Source of the DNA: Saccostrea echinata
Taxonomy: Eukaryota
Reading direction: 5' to 3'
Assembly (NCBI RefSeq): GCF_033153115.1
Contig: NW_026889796.1
Location: forward strand, 15,500,001 to 15,564,000
Length of the DNA stretch: 64,000 nt
Shown here: one piece after another, positions 1 through 13,800 of the stretch
Layout of the letters: each line of letters begins with the position of its first letter
How positions within the stretch are numbered: the stretch's first letter is position 1
Position numbers and translations under genes: made by a program
The notes under the pieces: generated by a model
The model's input: only the letters and a program-made list of their open reading frames with translations
Told to the model about the DNA's origin: nothing
Database searches by the model: none

Positions 1-1719
1 TGGTTAATGTTATCTCTATACATTTCGTTACAGATATAACAAATATTTGAATTGGATTTTCCTTGTTGCTACTGTTGTCGATGCCGAGTCTTGTGTACCT
101 GTTATTAAAAACTGTTAAAACTCATTCGAAACAATACTGCATCAGTTCTGATTTCAACCGATAATACATTGAAGCTGTTTCTAATGACATCTAAGTCTAC
201 CTGAATATAACTTTACGCCAACATTTACTGCTGTTGTTTCGAAGAAAGATTTGTGGGACTTTATGGTACGCAGCTCTAACGTAAACAAGGATTCAAAATC
301 TTATTTTAAAATCTATTAAAGAAGTGTTAAACGTTATTGTTGCATTCAGGTTTGTTTATTATTAATTTTTCATTTCTTCCCATATTACAATCCACGAATT
401 TTGAAAATCTGTTAACAGTAAGTCAGACTGCATTTGAAGAAAAAAAAATATAGAAATCAACAAATGCATAAACTTCCAGTTAATCCTTTGCCTGTACATA
501 TATATCCGAAATATCAATGTAAATTTTCGTCAATATTGAACGTCACTTCGATGTAAGAAAAAAATAAGTATTTAAGACACCAATTTAGTTGATTTCAGGT
601 TCATTTAAGGAGGTGAATGACTCTAAAATGGCATCATGCCTTTTCTAAAAAAAAGTTCGGTAAAAGTTCGGAGGGTATTCTAAAACAAATTAAGATTACT
701 TTATCAAAGTTTAGCCTTGGTTGTGGACATGACGAAAACAACTAACAACATGAAAATTATTTCTGTTACATTATTTTAGCTTAAAACGCTTAGTTAACAA
801 GAAGGTTGATTAGCTCAGCTCGTTAGCATCTGGTGTTAACAAACTCAAGACAATGTTTTATCAAATAAGATATTCCTATTGTAACCAAACAGAGGGACAA
901 AACAAAACAAGATGTGTTTGTGAAACATTGATGCCCCCTTATGACAGCTCATTGTCAAGGTTAAAGTTTCTCAAATGCAAGTCAAATTCTAAGGTCTTGA
1001 GATCAAAAATGTTGTTTAGCAAGGAAAGGTAATATCACAAGGAATGCACAAGTGAAATATGAAAACCCTAGCACTAACAGTTCAAAAGTTATGACCAAGT
1101 TTTACGTTTTTCAAAAGAAGGTCAAACTTCAAGGTCATTGAAGAATTGAACATCAAATCTCCTTCTACGATTCATTTGATGAAAGAGATAGAATACTTTT
1201 CCTCCAAGAATGGAAAAGTCAAGGTTAAGGTATTCACGCAATGTATAATGAAGGGATATTGAATAATTTTGAATTAAGTGTGTATTGCTAGATAACGATG
1301 AAAGTGAAATGAACCAAATTCATATGATTCAAGGTGCAATTAATTGAACAATAATCAAAATTTCGTAAATTTCTTTGGTGGAGTATTTTTATTTGATAAC
1401 ACCTTCAAAATGCTACCATGATTAATAACATCGGATCATTCATTTATTAGCTACAAAATATGGTCGTTATACATTAATAATAACCTTAACTCAGCCCTTC
1501 TTGAAAAAGTGTAAGAAAATGCTAAATATCAAATCGTACTTTTTCTGGTCTAAAAGTGCCATATGAATTTTTTGCAATGAAAGTAGGGAGGAAGTAAGCG
1601 GTCAAAATGTTTGTTAGGCCAAGAAATTTTAAAATGTCGTTTGATGGTTGTTTGTTAATAGGTCTAAGATCAACTCCAAAATCAAAATATTTTAAGGCCT
1701 GACATCTTTTATTTAGTAG

Positions 1720-2105
1720 TCATATTCCAACATCACCTGCATATGGTGTTAACGTCTCGCAACTGATTGTTAGGCAAGGGCATGATCTGAGTACGATCAA
1801 TTTTTAAACCGGGGCATGCTACCGACAAATAATTGATATTATTTTGTACGTTGGGTCGAATAATGTCTGACATACTAGTATCTCATATCAATTGTTAGGT
1901 CATTGTTTGTAAACTTGATTTGACTACGGATCACTCCGTCTAGCTGATCAATACATTGAGCTCACGGTCGATAGGGGAAGCTTACTTCTCTTAGGCACCT
2001 AATCCATACTCTGGTGTTTCCAGGGGTCCTTGTTTTTTCCTGTACGATCACGATTCGTTTTCTTTAATGGATTTATGAGATTGATCACTGTTTCTTGTCT
2101 TCACC
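1720..2105 (+). mobile_element. Penelope-like 3' fragment
   Basis: Degenerate S.IP.SPAYGV..SQL coding remnant; the 3' part is the reverse complement of motifs at 34520-34680. Confidence 0.6.
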
Positions 2106-3071
2106 CTTTACTTATTAGTAGATTTATCAGAGTCATACATATTGTCGTTACATGAATACATGAAACTCATTTTTAAAAAAAAAAAAAAAAAAAAGTAGGT
2201 CAAAGTCAGGTTCCAGCCTAAAAGGATAATTTACATTTTTTTTTATTCTTATGGTTTTCATTGTATATATATAATTAAATACATAAAAGCTCTTCTCCAT
2301 GGAGTCAATAAATACATTGTAACTGCTTTGCTTTTAAAACTATCTTTGAAAAGAAAGTCAAAGGTCAAGATAATTGTTACAAGTTAGCAGCCTTTGCATT
2401 TTGCAATCATCATTTGTCATCCAATATTTGTGCATATTTTCGGATCGCTACTTCTAACAGTTTAAGACATTCAACCTGCAACCAACGGAAAGACAGCTAA
2501 AGAGACCCTGGCATAGTGACCCATCAGTTTTGCTTTGTATTGCAGGCTGAATAAAAATATACAAGTTATTAGTAGCTCTTTAAAATATTAACTATGTATT
2601 AAATGGCTAAATTATATCTCTTTTTTTATGAACATACATGTAAACCTCTACATGTATTCACAATCATTTAATACTTTCGTTGATCGAAATCACATTGTTA
2701 ATTTCTAGAAAAAGTTCTTACAGCTACAAATGTAAGCACCAATATTATGACTATAAAGGCACTTGCAAGTAATTCTATTATTCATTAATCCTCAGCATGA
2801 GACATAACTTTCAAATATGATGCTACAAATATCATATCTCTTGAAAGTTTTTCATCGATCAGGTAGGCACAATAGGTTATGAAATAACGTGGAGACATTT
2901 TCACATAATTTGTTATCAAATAATCTAATATTAGACAACAACGTCTGATAACATTGTCTTAAACGATATTTTACGATTGATACTTAACCTATATGTACCT
3001 GTGTATGCTATATCGGTATCATATGATGTCAAGTGGTTTGATTACCCTGATACACATTTTCATCAAGCAAG

Positions 3072-6000
3072 ATGCGAATTACTTCATTTTTAGTTTTTGC
3101 TGCCTTTTTTGTCGTAGTTTTTGCTTATAGAGAGGAAATTAAGCAATGTAGATATACCGATGCTTCGGGAAAGACGTATAATTTGAGTCCTTTAATGAAT
3201 GCGTAAGTTATCTTTTTATGTTTCATTTTTTTGGGAAAAAATGCAGTCGCAGAATATAAAAATATCAGTTTTAACAACTTTAATTATTTTATTCAAAGCA
3301 TTATAGTATTTTTTTCATTTCACTTTATTTATTTTTTTCCTATCCAGTATCTAAACAGTAAGATAATAAAATGATAAACAATTGATCAATCCCATTGAAT
3401 TGGTGAAAAAAAATTCACCATCTTCACCTTTTCATTCAATTCTAAAATTGCAAATTATTGTAAGAAATTCTGTAAAATATGATTCTGAAACGATGAACGT
3501 ACAGTGATCAACCTCATTATTCCTATGTAACGTAACAACATGATAAAGCACGGACCTCTAGTAAACCAGAGGTTAGATCAGATGCCTAGGAGGACTAATC
3601 AACCCCTCTGTCGACCCGCCATGAGCCGTCTCTATTGATCAGGTAAACGGGGCAATCCGTAGTCAAAATCAAAACGTGTATGATAAAAAATGGCCAATGG
3701 CCTAACAATTAGTAAAAAATCGACCGAACAATATTTGCAAAGAAGGCCATTATTTGCAAAGACTGACTTTAAAGAGACCGTAGAAACCTCTGTAACATCA
3801 ACTTTTCTGTCAGAAGCCGGCATTGGTTGAAAAATTGACAGTACACAGATCATGACCAGTGATTATTACCAGAACATACTGGAGATATGTAAACCAAATG
3901 CAGACCATTAATTCTATACTCAATAAAACGTCTAAATACGAAAAAGTGAACCTTTTCCCGAAATATCTTAAGACACAAAATTCATTTCTCCAAATATATA
4001 GTAGATCACAAAAAAAAAAATCATATTTCTATTACATTACAATATATTGTGAATTATTTTTAGAAAAAGAATATCTTTCTCGAACAAAGAAATAACAGAG
4101 TTGTTCAATTTTAATCTTACTTGTGAGATTTTTTGGAAAAAAATGGCAATAGATTTGGCAGATACTATGGTGTCTTTTATTACAAGTTCAGTGGGATAAA
4201 TCGAATGACATAAGAATGAAACTGAAATCTGTTAATTGACAAAACCAAATGTCGTAATAAATGTATCTTAATGTCGAATTAAAGCCATAACAAAATATTC
4301 TTCTCGTGTAATTTTTTTTAATAAATTCTGCTTCAGAAAGCAAAACAGATCAATAAAAGAGCACAATCTGTGCTCATGGGAATTCCAACGGATTGTTTAA
4401 TTTGTGAATAATATATATGAATGCTAATTTCATCCTTGCTTTTCTATATTTCACAAAATTCCAGCAAGCCGTTCATATGGATGCAGACATTGTACGTGAT
4501 TGGCAATAATAAATGGGACAACTTAGCAGCCGACAGCACCATGAATGTCACAATTCAGCTGTCTGTATGTCGTAATGAAAAACCAATGATTAGCAACAAC
4601 TGCAGCACCAATGGATCAATATACACTGTAATAATTTATACATACATTATTTTGAAATAATGCAAAAAAGCCTTTCTTTTGAATACCGAAATAAACAACC
4701 ATAGGTATTTTTCCGAATTGCTTTGAAATAACGGTAAAGAAGAGTAATAGACTCCTTTCATATTAAGTGCTGCTTACAGAATGTGTTAATCATTCTGTAT
4801 TTCGAAAAAAAAATGTAAAATTGTAGTAATATAAGACAAAATTGAAAAAAAAAAAAGAACTGTGTACATATTTAAGAAAACCTTTGAATTCCACATTAAA
4901 AACACAGTAATTGAAATTTCTCAAAATCGGTTTAAAGTGACCGTTCATGCTGAGTCAAAATTGAACCAAGTCGAATGATTCTTCATAAGAATACAAAAAT
5001 ATGCATTCAACAATAGCTTACAGTGCTATCTCTGGGATAAATGTCATAAATCAAAAAACCAAAAATGGATACCGTGATAGAAATTGTGTGATTCAAAGAA
5101 AAACTAAATTAAAAAGTATTTTCCGCAGATGTAACATTCTACTTAGTTTCTTTGTGGATTTTGAAGATACTCCTGGTACGTATTGTTTATGTTTAGGGGG
5201 AAAAAAGAGCTATTTTCTCATATTTATGTTGAATCTTTATAATATTTATTAATCATAAGCCGCAGTTTTTGTTCTCTTCCCGGGAATTACATCATATAAA
5301 CAACACATTTTTAGATTCAATTTTTTCTGATATTTTATACATGTAAGTAGCAAGGAACAGCTGAGGTTATACACATGTATACAATATTTGCATAACGAGC
5401 GCCTCCATATAAACAAAAACAAGTCATATAATTATATATAACCATGATGAACCTTGCAACTGCTTTTATTTTAGTTTTATTCTTTCTCAAAGATCATTAA
5501 ATATTTTCTATTTTCGTAATGAAACACTTTTTACTGTTTGTTTGTTTGTTTGTTTTTTTTTTGTTTTGGTTTTTTTTTTGTTTTCCCCTGAAACAGATAT
5601 GAACGTACACTCTTCTTAGTATTACCCGTTGAAAAATCATAACAGCAACTTAAACTTAACGTAAACTTAAACAAGTAAACAAAAGCTATGAGGAAAAAAT
5701 TCATTCTATCAATCCGTCATATTTCTGATAGGTGGACCCCACAAATGGTTGTATTACATGGGGAGACGCCGAAGTCGCAGCTTTTGATCAAGCACCTTAC
5801 AAAGACGGTAGGTTATACTAACTATAGTTCAGAAGTGTTTCATTTCAAAAAATGTTTTAAAATTAAATTTGGAATAGTTATCTGGGAGTTATAGTTTTTA
5901 AGATTTAATGACACTAGTGATAATTGCTGTAATGTACAATTCTCAGTATGGTTTAGTTTTTGCGAACTCCAGTGAGTAAGTACTAGCATCGTGTACAGAG

Positions 6001-7136
6001 GAATATAGGATAATGTACTTTATTTACATTTGCAAATATTTTTCTTAGATGAACCTATTGAAGAGAAAATATGTTCAATTCTGTATGAACTTATTAGGGG
6101 GTCAGAGGTCATGACGTGACCGAATCACACAGCGAGATGATACATGTAGGCCTATCTTGTCTACATATACTATTTCTGTCACAGTGACACTGGTTTCGGA
6201 ACTTCTAAGCCGTTAAAGCGATGAAAAAGATAAAAATTATTTAAACATATGTTGTTGTTTTTTTTCGTGCAACAAATGATCATTAGTTTCTTTCTTCGAT
6301 GTGAAGAATGTTTTTAATTAGCCTAAAATCACGCTTACCTTTTTAACCCGAAATTCCTTTGAAGGTATGTAAACTGAAGACGATACCACCGCTTTTGACT
6401 TCATATATAAAGTCCTCAAGGCATACAGTAATAGTAAGATTATTCTCAGTAGCGATCATTGTTTTTTTCATTATGAACAGCTATTTCCTGAGCTGGACTG
6501 CTGAACACCAATGTAAGTATTCAAATGCTGGAGCGAGGCGAACTCTCAAGACCAAACAGCTTCTAGGTCATTGCGCGTCACAACATAGCAATACGGCGGG
6601 CCGTTCGTGTAATAAATGCAGTTCTTTTCAGAATATTCGTCTCAAATGTAAATAAAAGTAATAATCAACAATGTTAAAAAGTTCACTGGGAAATGAACTT
6701 GGTTGGTACGTGATCAAATCTTCTGAGAAGCCCTTCGGGCTTCACAGGATTTGATCACGTGACCAACCAAGTTCATTTCCCAGAGAACATTGTTGTTTAT
6801 TTCTTAAATAAACTGTTAAATGAAATATCAATTGGAAGAAAATTTTGCCACAAAAGGGACAAAATTTTTCAGTTTCTTATTTGTTGCACAATAGGCATTT
6901 TTCTCGCCTTGTTCGCTCATCTTCTTTAATCCAGTTTGTTAAACCCTATGGTTTCATTTTAAGGAGTATTTTTACAAATGTTCCATGGAAGTGTGATCGA
7001 TCACCCGACAAAATATTCTTCAAACGTCTACTTCATCTGTAATCCAAAGGTCGGTGTTCCCAAACCTATCATGGAGCATGTAAAAGCTGACACAAACCAG
7101 GGTCACTTCCGGGTGGAGACGAAATATGCTTGCTAA
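3072..7136 (+). CDS. Secreted single MRH (mannose-6-phosphate receptor homology)-domain protein, 180 aa, 4 exons: 3072-3202, 4465-4627, 5732-5807, 6964-7136
   Basis: GT-AG introns join in frame (543 nt). Signal peptide MRITSFLVFAAFFVVVFA, then CRYTDASGKTYNLSPL...LSVC...C...GC...SSNVYFIC...HFRVETKYAC*. The six Cys plus the YNLSPL, F.C and T.YAC motifs match MRH/CI-MPR repeats as I recall them. AATAAA at 7160. Confidence 0.8.
3485..3960 (-). mobile_element. Penelope-like 3' fragment in intron 1 of the MRH gene
   Basis: Shares GAACG.ACAGTGATC...GCACGGACCTCTA...AGGAG..AA.CA.CCCC..TGTCGACC with 34540-34660. Confidence 0.6.
6660..6805. repeat. Fold-back palindrome (~145 bp)
   Basis: GGGAAATGAACTTGGTTGGT...GAAGCCCTTCGGGCTTC...ACCAACCAAGTTCATTTCCC. 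Confidence 0.85.
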
Positions 7137-7625
7137 GAGAACAGTTTATTCAGAGTTTCAATAAAATACAAACATGGACAAATACAGTGAATGCTATTTA
7201 AGGTTAAACCTAAAAATTGCACAACTTGTAAATTAAAATTGTTTATCTTTAATGTATAATTATTACTGTAAACAACATGACATTAAATTATTTGCTTAAC
7301 AGTTGTTTTTGTTATTTCTGCCTTCTTTATTATAATATTGCATCCCCCCTTTTTTTCAGCTTGTCGTTTTATTTATCTAGCCTTAAACATAAACTATTCT
7401 TGCATTCAGACCTAAAGAGAAAGCGTATACGTGGCAGTATATTTGTCATTGTTCTGAATAACGTACTAAAACAATGATTTTAAATGGTTTAAAAGGCCAT
7501 GAGTTGTTAGCTGAGTTGTTTGAAGTTGTGTTGCATGAGTTGTTTGAAGTCTATAGATAAAAAATGTTTAAATAGTTATAATAAAAGACATATATTCAAG
7601 AATTTCAATACCAGTAGGACAAATT

Positions 7626-10600
7626 ATGGATTATACAACCGATGACTATACTGTACCTTTGGATGGTGGAGGCATGGAACCTTTGATAAATTCTCAACGA
7701 GGTGTAACCTATTACAGTGGATTTTATGGTAAAACTGTGTACATGTATTTAGTAGAAATCTTTAAAACTGGTTCATTACTCTAAATTGCAAAGTTTAAAG
7801 GTCTACAAGATAGTAGATTTTTTTCCCATATGACAGACATTTAAGATTAAAACAATTATATTCTTTAACATAAGAAATTTTTGTATATTTGAATTATGAA
7901 ATATTTGATTTTTTTAAATTCATACATAAATCTTGCTTGATAAAATCTTGAAAACAAAGAAGCAATGTCTATAATTTATTTAAGAATTACAGCTATATAG
8001 AATAATCATCTAATATTATTCCATCCGATCTCCTTTAAACTGTCAGCTCGCCAATTCTCGAAACTTGTTAATGCTTGGTTTTTTGTCAATCTAGTCTATA
8101 CCCATAGTAATCTTTTATAAAGACAGGGACGTAAAACTTTAATTCCTTAGCGGACATCAATTTATCAAAGGGCCATTTTGAATCTTGCAAATTAGCTAAT
8201 ATTTTTATTCAAAAATAAAAAAAATAAATAAATAAATAAGAAAGTGCAAAACATACAAGAATTCTGAGACAATATTTCATTATTTTACTGGGCGTTTCAT
8301 TTCTGTGGATTATTTACGATAAGAAATATCGTGTTTAAGTCCTATAGAATACATGCAATCTTAAGCTTTAATCTTTTTTTCTTTTTTTTTTTGTGAACGT
8401 GCATTTTTAGTAAATACCAACAAATCTCAGTACCTTTTTAAATAATAATAACAATAATTAATAAAGGATTACAATAATTATTTCAATTATTACTTGACAA
8501 TGTGAGCAAAATTTGCTACTTCATAAACGAATCATATTTGCATTAGCTTTAGAATTTTAAGTAAATGTTAAAAGTTACGTCGATGGTCCATCCAGATACC
8601 AATTAAACTTACTTCCATAAACAAAAGGCAAGAAGATTAAAAATATACAGGTATTAACAATTATTTTGATTTAAAAAAAAACATTCATCATGCTAATTCT
8701 GATTAGCACACGATGAATGTGAATAGTAATCCGAATTAACGGATATCCGGGAGATTTATTATGCAAGGGGGAAAATTGCTATATAGTAAAATTGTCCCGG
8801 GAAAAAAGTTTGCTATATAGTAAAGTATCCGGAAGGACTGTTTGCTATATAACAATAATTCCGAGGGGGGACTTTATCATAAACATTCCTGAAGAAGGTT
8901 TGCTATGCGGAAGGCTTTTATATGAACCGGAATTCAAGATATTAAAAAAAGTTTCCTATTAAATCGAACTGGTAACAATAATTGCTAAAAAAGTTTCATA
9001 GTGAGACAACAGTGCTGACTTTTAATACTTTTAAATGCACAAAATAAAAAAAAAATAATAGAAGAATCTAAATGTTTTTAACTGCATACAATTTTTCTTC
9101 AATGTCAAGCTGTTCATACTGTAGAAATAAGGTAACTTAATTTTTAGTTTTTTTTTGTTATCAATTTTATAGGTATCAATAACTGATTTCAACTACATGA
9201 AGATTATGTTCCTTATTATCAGATGTACAATATATATTTTGCCAACCTCCCCTTCTCTCTCTCTACTGTCATGTTGTCATGCCACCTGTTACAAGATGAC
9301 TCTGCCGTGTATATTTGTACATATTTAAGGAATAACTGTCTAATTTTTTGGATTCATGATGTGATCAATCGAGTGGCTTGCGTGATAATTTGCATAAACG
9401 CCGAAGGCGTTTATGCATAAAATTATCACGCAAGCCAATCGATTGATCATCGTCATGAATCCAAAAAATCTGACAGTTATTCCTTATATTTACATGCTCC
9501 TGATTCTGCAAATTCCCGTGCTAATAGCCCCGCTTCTGTCTCTATTTGTCCCGCCCCGCACGTGATTTTTTTTAACCGCGCCTATCGATGAACCAGTAGA
9601 TTTATGTAGAAATAAAATATTTTTACAACTTGTAATTTTATCTCGGACAAAGACATTGGAAATGTAAATATATGAGTATAAAGCACGACATATTACATTC
9701 ACAGAGGACAACGGTGAGGACGTTTTGAATCTACACACTTTAAATGGAGAGTCCGATGGCGACACTGATTCAGGTATTGTGTTAAACCTCAAACATTACA
9801 GGTATTAAAAAACTTACCAATAAGGAGGGAAAAAAATACGTCAAAAAGACTTAAATCAATCTAGGAGAAGAGTTCATGGAAACATTTACGTACAATAGAC
9901 AAATAACAAAAATATTTATAAAGATGTGAAGAGTTTACAAGACGTTTGTCAATTTATATACAGTAAATTATCAAATATATCGTGTGGGTAAAAAAATAAG
10001 AACAATTTTTTATGACTTTGTCTAGCATTGTACCTCAGAAACTTAAGCTTTGGTTAGTATAGTTTTACTCGAGTAAAAATAATATACCTGGGTACCAGGG
10101 CCCTGATTTACAAGAGAACTTATGGGACCAAAATTTAAAATTTGTGAATTACTTTCTTCCTTACATTTATTAAGCTAAAGTTTTTGGTCTTAGTCGTAAG
10201 TTCTTTTGTAAAACTTGGGCCCTGACAGATAAAAATTAAAGTACAGTGTGGAAAAAAAGTCTGTATAATTCATTAAAAGATAACTGGTGATCGATCAAGT
10301 TGATATCGCTGATTACATTCTTTTTTATGCCCCCGTATCGAAGATTCGGGGGTATATAGTTTTTGCCCTGTCCGTCCGTCTGCCTGTCTGTCTGTTTGTC
10401 TGCAAAAACATTAACATTGCCCATAACTTTTGATTGGTGGGAGCTACGGCTTTCATATTTCACAAGTGTATTCCTTGTGACAAGACCTTTCTTTGGGTAC
10501 CACCATATTTGACCTTTTGACCTTGACCTTGGAGTTTGACCCAGTTTTGCAAAATTTTATCCAACTTTAACCTTGGCCATAACTTTTGAATAATTGGTGC

Positions 10601-10673
10601 TAGGGCTTTCATACTTCACACGTGTAATCCTTGTGACAAGTCCTTCCTTTGGATACCAACAGCTTTGACCCTC

Positions 10674-10704
<31 letters not shown>

Positions 10705-10819
10705 GAAAAACTTCAACATTGGACATAACTTTTGAACGATTGGTGCTTCAGCTTTCATACTTCACATATGTAATTCTCGTGATAAGACCTTCCTTTGAAT
10801 ACTAACAACTTTGACCCTT

Positions 10820-10850
<31 letters not shown>

Positions 10851-13800
10851 GAAAAATTTTAACCTTGGCCATAACTTTTGAACCGTTGGTGCTAGGCCTT
10901 TCATACTTCACTTATATAATCCTTGTGACAAGTCCTACCTTTGGATACCAACAACTTTGACCCTTTGACCTTGGAGTTTGACCTACATTTGAAAAACTTT
11001 AACCTTGGCCATAACTTTTGAACCGTTGGTGCTATGGCTTTCATACTTCACATATGTAATCCCTGTGACAAGACCTTTCTTTGGATACCAACAATTGTAA
11101 TCCATTGACCTTGACCTTGATGTTTGACTTACTTTTGAAAAACTTTAACCTTTTCTATATCTATTCAATGGTTGCTTCTAGGGTTTTCATATTTCACAGG
11201 TATATTCCTCGAGACAAGACCTTACTTGGGGTATCAACATATTTGATTTGCATTAGAGAAAGTTTTACCATTGCTATAAGTTGTCATACGGGGGCATCAC
11301 AAACAAATCTTGTTTTCAGATGAAACTGATGAAGAAGAACAAAATGAACTTTCACGAAACGAAGCCAAAATAATCATAACAATACTACCAGGTAAATAAA
11401 ATACGGCTCTGTGTATATTATAATATGCATCCAGACATAAGTTTCTTTGACCTGCGATCCTTCTGTCATATTTTCATTTTACCTCTAGAGGACATCATAG
11501 TGCGTAGAAATTACATATTCCTCAAGGAGGAGCTGTCAGCCGGATATATATGCCCTTTTCTGTATCAGGAGGGGATCCTTTCTGATCATGATCTTGACAT
11601 AGCTTGTAGTCCCAATCCCAGATGTGTACAGCTGGATATACTGCTGAAACTTCTGCTCCGCCACGGGAGATCTGCATGCAACAAATTTGTCAACATCTTA
11701 TCAGCAAGCGGATATGGTTACATTCTTCATACTTTAAAAAATACAAAGGACTTTAAAACCAAAGAAGGTAATTATGTTTGGTATATAAAATGTGTCTTTC
11801 TTAAATTGTTCTTTAGTTTTTCTTAATAACATAATATCAAATACTGTGTATATCTTTACATAAACAGAACTTAATACGCATCTCCTTTTTTATAGATTGC
11901 TCACAGTGGCAAAGTGATATAACAATACACCATATAAACATGGAAGAAACATTCCTGTGCAAAACCATTGAAGCAATCTCCATCGCTGATTTCATGTTAC
12001 AAGAGCTACTAGACGACAAATTCTCTCTTTATGACCATGACGAGATCCAAAATCAGAATTCGAAATCGAGGCGGTCTAGAGCTCTTCTTAAGAAGGTTAT
12101 AAAAGATGACCCTGTCGTTTTGAACTGCTTCCTTTGCGCTGTCGACTGCTTACGTCATGTGTTACCCGGGGTGTCAGTCATCGAACATATGAAGAAAACA
12201 AACCTCAGCAAGACAAGAGGTAAACGTCTAATTACCATAAATTTAAGAGGGGTCGCTATAGTAGTAAAATATAAATTTAAAAAGTACATTTAATTACATG
12301 ATAAGAAGGATGCTTTATTTGACAAACACGATTTTATTTTTCCCACAGGTGGTAGTGAAAAACATGTCAGTGTGTTATTCCAAGATGAGCATTTGCTGAA
12401 AGTGGTCGATGGTAAGACAAACAGGTTCCAAAATCTATGTGTGTTTAAGTGAAAAGTTTTTCTCTAACTTGAGTTCTATAACTTTGTAATCGACAATAGA
12501 CACAGTGCTTGCAGAGTGTCTATTGACAATTAAAAGATTAAGGAACTCGAGCTGGGAGAAAAACCGGTGACTAACAAGCAGATATTATGGAACCATTTTC
12601 TCCCTTTACTTTACTAAAATTCTTCAAAACTTTGCCTATCTGAACATTACTACTGAAAGAAGCAAAAAGAAATATAACGTAGCACAACGGAACCGCATAA
12701 TAGGTGTAGCTATAGCCTAATGGGAGAAAAATGTTTTTTAAACTTTGATTTACATGGTTATATATGAGTCGCATCTGCTCTCGAGATAACTGTCAAATTT
12801 TCTTCCTTTTGACATATTTGACATGGTTTCATTTACAGTGAACTGTGAAGATGACGATGGTGACCATGTACTCATTTTCAAATTCAGAAATCAACATCTG
12901 CGGAAAATACAGGAATTGGAAAAGGTGCTAGTGCGCAGAATCCAAAACAATGATTCAAAACTAGATGAACTGGCCATCAGATTCATGCATATGAGCATAC
13001 AGGATGGCCATGCCGGGTCCATAGTTCTATATTTGAAGGCCCTGACAAGTACTGCAGCAGAGAACCTGGACAAAAACAGTTTGAAGACGTTTATCCAGAA
13101 GATTCTCCAGGATTCTCAAATCTTGGGACTCCTTCCATTGGGAACTCTACAGCTTCAAGTAGAAACAATAACAAGTGGATTCATGGAAGGTTCTATCCTG
13201 TATATTACTGTGAAATCATCATTGTTCGTGGGGACCAATGTTCGTGAATTTAAACCTTATCCACCATTATTTTGTAATCGTTTGATTCATTGAATCTAGA
13301 GTAAACGAGTTACCCACGAAATTACATCACCGCAAACCAGTAAAGTTTTGCTCAACCACGACATAATGACTCCTCACGAACTAAAATGATTCCACAGTAT
13401 TATGCCTGCACTTTCTAAGAAATTTAGATGTTTTTTTTTATTTCGATACCAGTCACAAGGGTTTCCAAGAGGCAAATATTTGCTTGCCTTTGACTATGTC
13501 ATGTAGAAGTGTATTCGAATTTCTGTCTCTCTCCTCGAGCTCCGAATGGACCTAAAAGGGTGTGGTTTCTTGTAAAAGGTCGTCTTTGAAACTCTCTGCA
13601 TTCTGTTGTTTAAAAATCAACTGTTATATACCTATAAAATAGTTGTGCTAAGGATGCAGATATGTTATAAGTATACATGTAGGATGCAGAAGTGACCCTT
13701 ATTTAATGTTTGATAATTTAGCATGGTAGGTTTAGCAGGTTTATTTCCATTTAGTAATGTTGATAAAACTTGCATTGATTATAAAACTGAATTAAGATTC

